Origin: Thermoproteota archaeon
GTDB lineage: Archaea > Thermoproteota > Thermoprotei > Thermofilales > B9-G17
DNA: 64,000 nt
Direction of reading: 5' to 3'
NCBI GenBank assembly: GCA_029258885.1
Contig: JAPDJW010000002.1
Coordinates: forward strand, 64,001-128,000
A program made the position numbers and the translations under genes. The notes beneath the pieces are model-generated. The model worked only from the letters and a program-made list of their open reading frames with translations. It had not been told where the DNA came from and ran no database searches. This document shows positions 47,971 through 55,987 of this stretch, piece by piece. Each line of letters starts with the position of its first letter. Position 1 is the stretch's first letter.

Positions 47971-49212
47971 TCAAAGAAATATGAATGCAAAGAGGATCCC
48001 CCATATAAATGCAATCACTGATATAATAAATGCTATTATTGAGTAGCAGCCCATAACATGGGGGTTTCTCATGACATCCCATAGGAACCACCATCCTGTG
48101 GGAAACATTATCGAAATTATTAACTGTAGTGGTGAGAGCGCTATCATGTAGCTAGCCGGAATAAGTACTATTCGCTTTAAAATACTAATTCTAGCTTTCC
48201 TGCTATTTAGAATAGCTTCTGATGTAATTAATGCTAGTGGAGGAATTAAGACAATATTATAATATACGTAGTGCTTTGGGAGGATCGACAGTGTAATCAG
48301 TGAGGCAGAGAGCCACAACAATGCCTTATAGTCAACGCCAACACTCCCCCGCAAAACTTTCTTGTATATAAACGCTATGAAGCATATGAGTGGAGTTACC
48401 AGTGGAAGCACATGGGAATTACAGCTAGAAAAACACCATATATATGAGGGGATCCAGAAAAAGGATAGGTTATTAAATAAGGGGAAGCTGATGATTGGAT
48501 AACTTAAATTTCCTACCTTGCGGTTTTTCGCAACAACTTCTGCAAATGTGGTCCCCCCTACCCAGAACTGAGGATTAAAAAGGAGTATTATTAATCCAAT
48601 AGCGATCGCTTTGAGGGAGTATCTAATGTTTATAACCTTAAATAAGTGGGAAAGCATAATGAATATGAAAAGTATTAAAATCGATGTATATTTACACAAG
48701 AAAGCTAAGCCGAACATTACTCCAGCAGGAACATACCTATGCTTATTGTCTGTATAGTATAGGAGGTATATTCCAATGGTCATATACATTAGCATAGGTA
48801 TATCTAGCCATGAAATAGTCCAGTGAATAGAAAAAGGATCAAATGTGAAGAGAGCCCACGATAGCAGACCCTTTCTTTCGCTATTTTTTGCTCCCATCAA
48901 ATAGATAAAATAAGCTATTATCGAGGAAATCATTGCATGTAACAATACAGAGGCATTAAAGCTATTAGTGAACCCGAATAGATATATCGAGAGACCAATT
49001 AACAGTTTAGCCAGCGGCGGATGCTCGCAGTTCAATAGAAGTACTGATACATCATGGTTTAAGATACCCCTAATATACCTGCTACCAACGGGTAAATATA
49101 CAAATGTATCATAGTTCGATAATGGTATTACCCTACTTAAAAAACACCATGTAAATAATCTAATTAGAAAAGGAATTGCAATTACTAAAAAAATCTTATA
49201 GTATGATTTCAT
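47971..49212 (-). CDS. GT-C membrane glycosyltransferase, PMT/ArnT-like (GT39/PMT_2)
   Basis: YD.FVY, NCEHPPLAKLLIG, LDIP, KYT, many TM helices; 4-nt overlap with the pilin stop. Confidence 0.8.
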   Translation of the reverse strand: MKSYYKIFLVIAIPFLIRLFTWCFLSRVIPLSNYDTFVYLPVGSRYIRGILNHDVSVLLLNCEHPPLAKLLIGLSIYLFGFTNSFNASVLLHAMISSIIAYFIYLMGAKNSERKGLLSWALFTFDPFSIHWTISWLDIPMLMYMTIGIYLLYYTDNKHRYVPAGVMFGLAFLCKYTSILILFIFIMLSHLFKVINIRYSLKAIAIGLIILLFNPQFWVGGTTFAEVVAKNRKVGNLSYPIISFPLFNNLSFFWIPSYIWCFSSCNSHVLPLVTPLICFIAFIYKKVLRGSVGVDYKALLWLSASLITLSILPKHYVYYNIVLIPPLALITSEAILNSRKARISILKRIVLIPASYMIALSPLQLIISIMFPTGWWFLWDVMRNPHVMGCYSIIAFIISVIAFIWGILFAFIFL

Positions 49213-49658
49213 GGTAGATTTGTCATCTTCGGATACTCCTGACCGCTCGCAGTTACAACCTTAAACTCAACGCTCATGCCATGCTTAAATCCAGCGTCCG
49301 GATTGAGGGTTATTGTGAACTCCTGCTCTTCGCCGGATTTTAATGGTAAGCCGTCAGTTGGTATAGTTGGACTAATGCTTGGAGTAGGGCTATATGCGGT
49401 ATATGGTTTACCATTGATGAATATATTGACTATAGTGGCGTCAGCGGAGCCCGTATTTCTAACTTTAAGCTTAACAGTCCAACTACCGTCACTCCACTCA
49501 GCGTAACAGTAGGTTACTTCTAATTTTTCAAATCTTGTAAATAGACCTATTATACCAGTCATCCAGAAGGCCACGGCGATTGCAATTGCTATAGCTACTG
49601 CCACAATAATAACAGTCGCTATAACTGGGCTGATTCCCTTTCGCTTCACACTTGCCAC
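49209..49658 (-). CDS. Probable major type IV pilin
   Basis: Canonical KRKG-ISPVIATVIIVAVAIAIAIAVAFW; VRNTGS, FINGK, TASG; shortest pilin (149 aa). Confidence 0.92.
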   Translation of the reverse strand: MASVKRKGISPVIATVIIVAVAIAIAIAVAFWMTGIIGLFTRFEKLEVTYCYAEWSDGSWTVKLKVRNTGSADATIVNIFINGKPYTAYSPTPSISPTIPTDGLPLKSGEEQEFTITLNPDAGFKHGMSVEFKVVTASGQEYPKMTNLP

Positions 49659-49951
49659 CTCAATCTATTGTATTCCTCCTACTATATAAAGGTATTTCTT
49701 ATTTAAAAAAGTACAGTTAATGTTCCAGAATTTTAGAAAAGTCTTACACATTCTTATGGTATGTTTTTTAGATTATGCTATAAAGTCGGAGGTATAGGTG
49801 TTTTATACACTGCAAGAAATAAATCTAGCCTAGTCTTAAAATGAAGTATTGCCTAAGCATGCCATATTATCATTCAACCAACTAAAATGTATGAAAATAA
49901 ACGTAAGCTTTAAAAGAGATTATTTTAAATTAACAGTCGTGGCTGTTAAAT

Positions 49952-51676
49952 ATGAGCAGATTTGGTTTAGGTATAAAGGTCTGGCATGATAGGAGAGCCG
50001 TTAGCCCTGTTGTCGCTACAGTGATTTTGGTTGCTATTGCTATAACGCTTGCAATAGCATTTGCATTTTGGGCTTCAGGACTATTAGGTGCCATCGGATA
50101 TGGTACTAGACCTGTTAAGTTGGCTATATATAGTGACCTTGAACTGTATGGCGGGTATTTCGTTATTCTCGTTAAAAATTTAGGGAGCGATATAGTCTTT
50201 ATCGATAAGATGTTTATAGATGGTAAGCCGGTAAGCTATATTTTTGATGCACAAACATATCCTCCGCCCGGCGATGTTAGATGGATGTATGAAGCTGGTA
50301 GTGGAATAATAGTGTACATTAATCCAGGAGAAACTGTACAGATTAAGGGTGTTATTAAAAATATAACCCTTGCACCGGGCGTAACTCATGAGGTAACACT
50401 ACACACTACATTAGGCTTTGAGTTTCACAGAGCTCTTCATGCAAGAGTAGTTTCGCCGATGGCATTTCCGAGTGGCGGTATAGTAGCATATAACACAGGA
50501 CTAAAAGATCCAAATGATCCAAGCAAGAGACTAATTTTTGTATACTTAAAGATTCGAAATCAGTGGCAGGATGACTTGGAGATATATAAAGTTGAATTCT
50601 ACAATCCTGACACAAGGGAGAAGGTTGGAGAGGAGGAATTAGCTAATCCTCTAGTTATAGCTCCTGGAGAAGAGTGGGAGCCTAAGAATCTTTCGGATCT
50701 TATAAGAGTGAGCATCAGTCCAGGAGAATATATAGTTAATGTTACGTGGAAGTGTGGAAAGAGGGGCGGTGGATTAGCAAGTTTTGTAAACGTAGGTAGC
50801 GAGGTTATAAAAGCATACGTAATATACATAACTATAGATGACGAAGATCCCAGCAATGTTATTAATGAGAAGTATCCTGCATGGCATAGAGATCCCCAGC
50901 CGTTCGTGGATATATTACAACAATATTTTGATGTAATAATTATTAGTAATATGAGTCAACTCAAAGATTTTATAGAAAATCCGCCAGACGGCCATTATAT
51001 AGTTATAAACGCACACAGTGAGCCTCTTCCAATACCTAAAGCATATTTGGATGCTAATGGAGGATTAAGCGGATTCAGAGATTCCGTTAAGGAGTGGCAC
51101 GAAAAAATAAAGGATCTTGTTTCAGGCGGCAGAGTATGGACACAGCCGACGGGTTATCCATTCTGGGGAACAGCGAATAAAAGGTATGCAAGGATATATG
51201 GTTGTAGCGGATGGACTAGCGGATGGGGACAGACGATAAATAGTTGGTCAGGGCTTGATTCATGCACGGGCGGTGCCACCGAGAAAACTAGTGGAGGATC
51301 AGTAACATATGATGGCGTAAGATGGGCTACTGGTTTACCCTATGGTAATACAGGAACATGGAACTGTAAACATACTTCAACAAATCTTGTAGATGATCTA
51401 AATAACGTCTTTACTGGAGCTAATTTACCAACGGGGACCGCTACAGACTGGGATGGCTGGGATACGTTTGATGTAAGTAGCGTGCCTGATGATCAGAAGA
51501 TGGTTTTCTACGAGTATGGTGGTAAGCCCATAATTTACGCGCTTAAAGTAGGTGGTGGATGGTACGTTTTTATAAGCGTAGATAGGCCTCCCGATACATC
51601 ATCGGATCTTTCAGCTAAAATGGCCTCATATATATCCGTATACGTATACTTAACGTACTTTGTTGTAAAGAAGTAG
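49952..51676 (+). CDS. Type IV pilin-like adhesin (GYGTRP-type) with large C-terminal domains
   Basis: RRA-VSPVVATVILVAIA..GYGTRPVKL; VKNLGSD, IDGK, LHTTLG. Confidence 0.85.
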   Translation: MSRFGLGIKVWHDRRAVSPVVATVILVAIAITLAIAFAFWASGLLGAIGYGTRPVKLAIYSDLELYGGYFVILVKNLGSDIVFIDKMFIDGKPVSYIFDAQTYPPPGDVRWMYEAGSGIIVYINPGETVQIKGVIKNITLAPGVTHEVTLHTTLGFEFHRALHARVVSPMAFPSGGIVAYNTGLKDPNDPSKRLIFVYLKIRNQWQDDLEIYKVEFYNPDTREKVGEEELANPLVIAPGEEWEPKNLSDLIRVSISPGEYIVNVTWKCGKRGGGLASFVNVGSEVIKAYVIYITIDDEDPSNVINEKYPAWHRDPQPFVDILQQYFDVIIISNMSQLKDFIENPPDGHYIVINAHSEPLPIPKAYLDANGGLSGFRDSVKEWHEKIKDLVSGGRVWTQPTGYPFWGTANKRYARIYGCSGWTSGWGQTINSWSGLDSCTGGATEKTSGGSVTYDGVRWATGLPYGNTGTWNCKHTSTNLVDDLNNVFTGANLPTGTATDWDGWDTFDVSSVPDDQKMVFYEYGGKPIIYALKVGGGWYVFISVDRPPDTSSDLSAKMASYISVYVYLTYFVVKK

Positions 51677-51772
51677 TCGGCTCTCCTACTAACTTCGCAC
51701 TATTTTTCATCAACTAATTTTAAGCGTAATATTTAAAAGATTAAATAGCTTAAATAGAATGGTGTTTAATAT

Positions 51773-52903
51773 TTGGTTTGTAGTGGGTGTGTTATTAAGT
51801 TAGATGATGATAATAATAAAACAGGTATTAGTCCCGTTGTAGCAACAATAATAATTATTGCTGTTGCAATAGCTATAGGAATAGCGTTTTCATTCTGGGT
51901 TTCCGGAATACTTAGTGCTATAGGCTATGGTACTAGGCCTATAATGTTATCGGTGTGGGAGTTTAGAATTTATGGATCGACGATACTTATTAGCGTTAAG
52001 AATTCTGGTGGAGATACCGTTTATATTAATCGAATAACGATAAATGGTAAGTGGGAGCCTAGGGTACTTTCTGCGTACTTATATGGAACTTCCGAGAGTA
52101 GAATTAGCTGGGATGGTGATGAATATTTAATAAGAGTGGATCCCGGAGAATTTGTTGAGATATGGTGTTTAGCTCCTGAGGACATGAAAATAGTTCCTGG
52201 ACATATACTTCAGGTTGAGATAGGGACAACCATAGGTTTTGCATCGCCTAAAGACATTAAAGTTGAGAGGGGTGCATTAGTGCCGCCTACACTAGACATC
52301 TACATACATCAACGTAATGTTACATATAGTGTAGACTTCATTAGAATGAAGTGGCTTATCCATCGAGGCGTTCCTGGAAACTTTAGCGATATTGATATTA
52401 TAGCTAATGGGTCGTTAGTATTCTTAGATACATATTACATCGAGGTCAACGATACGTTAAAACAGCAGCCGGTTATAGTGGTTAAAAATCCATTAGCTGG
52501 TAAAGATAACTACATAATCTGGATGAACCACAATGATGTAAGCTACGAGTGGGGATCAGGATATTATAATTTATCAAAGGTTGATGAAGCAGTCCCTTAC
52601 CTAGATTTTATAATATTTTTTGAGGATCTATGGAATCCTCCGAATAATGCAGGAGACGCTGACTATAACGAGCACGTAACACGAGTAACATGGCTTAGAG
52701 ACGGCTCTGCAAGAGTTGCAGTATACTTCGGAGCCCACGGCTACACATTTGATGTATATGTTGGAGGAAAATACGTATATACTATAAGTGGATCCTACCA
52801 TAACATTACGAGGTCTGATTATAAACTGGATATTTGTGATGAATGCCCTATGGATGACTTAAGAGAATATCTTTCGAATAAGGTTTTCATAGTTAAGCCA
52901 TAG
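51773..52903 (+). CDS. Type IV pilin-like adhesin (GYGTRP-type) with DUF4114-like acidic motif
   Basis: KTG-ISPVVATII..GYGTRP; C-terminal FFEDL..GDADYNE. Confidence 0.85.
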   Translation: MVCSGCVIKLDDDNNKTGISPVVATIIIIAVAIAIGIAFSFWVSGILSAIGYGTRPIMLSVWEFRIYGSTILISVKNSGGDTVYINRITINGKWEPRVLSAYLYGTSESRISWDGDEYLIRVDPGEFVEIWCLAPEDMKIVPGHILQVEIGTTIGFASPKDIKVERGALVPPTLDIYIHQRNVTYSVDFIRMKWLIHRGVPGNFSDIDIIANGSLVFLDTYYIEVNDTLKQQPVIVVKNPLAGKDNYIIWMNHNDVSYEWGSGYYNLSKVDEAVPYLDFIIFFEDLWNPPNNAGDADYNEHVTRVTWLRDGSARVAVYFGAHGYTFDVYVGGKYVYTISGSYHNITRSDYKLDICDECPMDDLREYLSNKVFIVKP

Positions 52904-53002
52904 CTACAATGATTTAAAGGTCATTATCTTTTCAGGAAGTTACCTTAAATGTATCCTATGGAATAGAGTAACAAGGATTTTAGATAATCCAGGTTCAGAT
53001 CC

Positions 53003-53401
53003 TTGAAGAATTTTGTAGATGCTTTGCTTAGGGAGGAGTATGGGAATGTTTTGTCTATAGTTCTTTTTGGTTCTATGGCTAAGGGTACATACAATAGGTT
53101 TAGCGACTTCGATCTGATAGTAGTTGTTAGGGAGGAGGAGTTGCCGTCTAAGGATAGGCCGCTCAAGTACTTGAAATACTCTGATGGGTGGGTCGAGGCT
53201 TTTGTCTATACGAGGGAGGAGGTTGAGTACATGTTTAAGGAGCTTAACCCATTTATACTGGAGGCATTAAAGGACGGCATTATGATATACGACGACGGTT
53301 TCTGGTCTAAACTGCGTAGTAAGTTTGAGGAGCTTATGGAGAAGGGGATTATAAGGCCTAAGAAGAACGGCTGGATCATTTCACGGCAGGCTGGGAGCTG
53401 A
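53003..53401 (+). CDS. Minimal nucleotidyltransferase (MNT) domain protein
   Basis: VLFGSMAKG..SDFDLIVV; EALKDGIMIYD. Confidence 0.88.
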   Translation: MKNFVDALLREEYGNVLSIVLFGSMAKGTYNRFSDFDLIVVVREEELPSKDRPLKYLKYSDGWVEAFVYTREEVEYMFKELNPFILEALKDGIMIYDDGFWSKLRSKFEELMEKGIIRPKKNGWIISRQAGS

Positions 53402-53467
53402 GATTCTCAGGGGGTCTGTATCTTAGGCTAATCCTTATTATGACGTATAACGTTACTAAGGGTAGGT

Positions 53468-53806
53468 ATGTTCGATTTGATGAGGAAGTATCTCCGTTTG
53501 GAGGCGGAGATGAGGGAGAGGAAGAGGAGGGAGCTGTTAGCTAGGACTATCTCCGCATTGAATAAGCTTAGTTTAAGGGTTAAGTTTAGGGAGGCATACA
53601 TCTTCGGCTCAATAACTAAGCCGTACATGTTCTTCGACTCCTCGGACGTAGATATAGCTTTCCTCGGGCTAGAGGAGGATAAGCTCTTCTTTACGGTTGC
53701 CTTTTTAAGCGAGGAAATAGGTAGGGACGTCGACGTTATCGAGCTCGAGAAAGCTTCATTTAAAGATAAAATTCTTAGGGAGGGGATTAGGTGGAGGCCG
53801 AGCTAG
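53468..53806 (+). CDS. MNT antitoxin of an MNT-HEPN pair
   Basis: YIFGS..SDVDIAF; RDVDVI; 16-nt overlap with the HEPN gene. Confidence 0.88.
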   Translation: MFDLMRKYLRLEAEMRERKRRELLARTISALNKLSLRVKFREAYIFGSITKPYMFFDSSDVDIAFLGLEEDKLFFTVAFLSEEIGRDVDVIELEKASFKDKILREGIRWRPS

Positions 53807-54268
53807 CGGTACTCCTATCCGAAATGGAGTTTCAGTGGAAACAGATACTGAAGATATACGATCGTATTTCAGAGAAATTGACCCGGTTAAAGAGGGATAA
53901 GAGCAACGAGGATCTAAGGGATTCACTAGCATATCAGCTACATAATCTCTATTGCGCATATGAGGATCTCTTCTCTATTGTTGCAAAGTTCTTCGAGAAT
54001 AGGATTAATGATCCAAGTAGGTACCGCATTAGGTTGCTTAGGAGGATGATGATGGATATTGAAGGCGTTAGGCCGAAGCTTATCTCCGAAGAAAGTTTCC
54101 AGTATCTAAAACGAGCTAAGGGGCTTCAGGCACGTCTTTAGGCACGCCTATGGTATTGAATTAGATGTCGATAGAGTAATATTGTTGGCTGAGAAATCTC
54201 TAAAGCTTAAGGATATCTTTCAGAGGGATCTAGAGAATTTTAGGAGAAATCTTATGGAGGGCTACTAG
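53791..54268 (+). pseudogene. HEPN (HepT-like) ribonuclease toxin, +1 frameshift at the A4 run 54108-54111
   Basis: LHNLYCAYEDLF..IA; removing one A restores YLNELRGFRHVFRHAYG..ENFRRNLMEGY* (158 aa, stop at 54266-54268). Confidence 0.85.
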
Positions 54269-54271
54269 AGT

Positions 54272-54910
54272 TTAATATAACTCTATAATATACTCCTTAG
54301 GCACCATATTATTAACTACTTTAACCCCTTCTCTTCTCAGTATCTCAGCCTTTATGTTAACATACTCCCTGCCGTCAAGATATCCGCCTAAACCGCCGTC
54401 CTTCCTAACAACCCTATGACACGGAAAGACGAGCGGGAACGGGTTCATCGCCAACGCTTTAGCTGCTACTCTAGGGGATTTAAGGTCCATATATAGTGCC
54501 AGTTCACTATACGTAGTAACCTTTCCACGAGGTATAAGTCTTAGTGTTCTCAACGTAGCAATATAGCGTAGCCTTAGCCTAGTAAATCTCACTCTAAACT
54601 TCATTCTAACATCCTCACCTAGAAAGAGCCTAACTATACCGTTAGCGTGCCTATAGCTGGCCGTCTTACAGCTGTGTATTCTATTCGCCCTATTCAACAG
54701 CTTCTTGCTAAGCTTTACTGGCGATGTCAGCTTCAAAAAGTTTAGAGCTTCCACCGGATCCTTCGACGGTATTCCATTAGCTAGCATGTATCCTAGGTCG
54801 TCATATAGCAGGTATATGTGATACCCATCCACCACGTGGTGTCTAAGCGTAAGCCTATACATAATTATCCTAGAGTAAGTCTTATTATTGTGAATATCAA
54901 ATGATAGCAT
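54272..54910 (-). CDS. ogt: Methylated-DNA-protein-cysteine methyltransferase; probable start 54862
   Basis: IPRGKVTTYSELA, RVAAKALAMNP, active-site PCHRVV, LGGY, LRREG. Confidence 0.88.
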   Translation of the reverse strand: MLSFDIHNNKTYSRIIMYRLTLRHHVVDGYHIYLLYDDLGYMLANGIPSKDPVEALNFLKLTSPVKLSKKLLNRANRIHSCKTASYRHANGIVRLFLGEDVRMKFRVRFTRLRLRYIATLRTLRLIPRGKVTTYSELALYMDLKSPRVAAKALAMNPFPLVFPCHRVVRKDGGLGGYLDGREYVNIKAEILRREGVKVVNNMVPKEYIIELY

Positions 54911-54947
54911 GCAATATAGGAGTAACGTTTAGAATACAGGGGTAACG

Positions 54948-55292
54948 ATGAAATATTTAAAGCTAAAGTCCTTTGACGATCTAATACGCGTAGTATTATC
55001 AACCCAGCAGCCCGTGTTACATCACATAGACATAGGAGATAGGCACATTTACCTAATTCCCTACGCCATCTTTGGAAACGCAAATCTAGTATATTATGTG
55101 GAGATGGAAACCCCCGTAAAGGGCAAATACGTAGTCTATGATAAATTCAATGGATCAATATCATTCTCCGACCACGTTACGCCAGATACTAGGCTAACCT
55201 ATCTGCCAATCGTGGATGTTGAGGAGCAGAACTTATTCTCAGAGAAAATATTTAAGAAGAAAAAGAAGGAGAAAAAGAGTAAAAACAAGTAA
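54948..55292 (+). CDS. Small conserved-looking archaeal hypothetical protein with basic tail
   Basis: GGGGT RBS; 114-aa ORF between divergent and convergent neighbours. Confidence 0.75.
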   Translation: MKYLKLKSFDDLIRVVLSTQQPVLHHIDIGDRHIYLIPYAIFGNANLVYYVEMETPVKGKYVVYDKFNGSISFSDHVTPDTRLTYLPIVDVEEQNLFSEKIFKKKKKEKKSKNK

Positions 55293-55298
55293 AAAAAT

Positions 55299-55838
55299 TT
55301 ACAGGTATTTTCTACAGTTGTCGCACCACCATCTCTTATATTGTGGAATCCATCTAGCAGGCTTACCGCATGTTGGGCAGAGAACCTGAGCTGGCTTAGC
55401 AGCCGTAGGAGTAGTTGTCGGAGTAGCTGCGGTTGAGGGAGGCGGATAAGTCGGAGGCAAATACTTCCTGCAGTTGTCGCACCACCATCTCTTATATTGT
55501 GGAATCCATCTAGCAGGCTTACCGCATGTTGGGCAGAGAACCTGAGCTGGCTTAGCAGCCGTAGGAGCTGCTGGCTTTACTTCGGGCATAGCAGGCTTAG
55601 TCACAGGTACGGCTGGTTTCTCAACTTTAACTGCCTCCTTTAAAAGGATTATATCGCCGACTTCACCTACGTTATCCCACGGCACCTCGACCTCTCCGCC
55701 AGCGACAGTTGCAATTATTAGAAATATCTTCCCCTCCTCAGGCGATAATCCAAGATCCCTTACAGTACCTACCTTAGTGGCATCTGGATTGTATACTTCC
55801 ATTCCAATAAGCTTGGATCTCGACAATACCTTAGGCAT
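55299..55838 (-). CDS. PRC-barrel protein with Pro/Ala/Thr linkers and two identical zinc ribbons
   Basis: LIGMEVYNPDATKVGTVRDL..VGDIILL (PRC); two copies of CPTCGKPARWIPQYKRWWCDNCRKYL. Confidence 0.85.
   Translation of the reverse strand: MPKVLSRSKLIGMEVYNPDATKVGTVRDLGLSPEEGKIFLIIATVAGGEVEVPWDNVGEVGDIILLKEAVKVEKPAVPVTKPAMPEVKPAAPTAAKPAQVLCPTCGKPARWIPQYKRWWCDNCRKYLPPTYPPPSTAATPTTTPTAAKPAQVLCPTCGKPARWIPQYKRWWCDNCRKYL
55315..55567. repeat. Perfect 97-bp direct repeat (55315-55411 and 55471-55567)
   Basis: Base-by-base identical copies, offset 156 bp (52 codons). Confidence 0.95.
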
Positions 55839-55987
55839 ACCTAGTACACCTTCATATGTTATATAATGCCTATACTAATATACTTAACTTCTTTTAGTAT
55901 GATCATCCCCTCGGTAAACTTCGTTAAGCTAAAATATATGTTGTTAATAATAGAAGTCTAACGATTCTTCTTAGGTAGTGGGGAGGA

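Noticed and set aside
44984-51950. Pilin antigenic variation by recombination between identical N-terminal cassettes
   Set aside because: The shared protein motif is encoded with many synonymous differences, so there is no long DNA identity; all copies are full genes
29103-52903. Archaellum (flagellum) operon
   Set aside because: No ArlF/G/H or ArlJ-type genes and no archaellin motifs; the ATPase and TadC are divergent and accompanied by pilins
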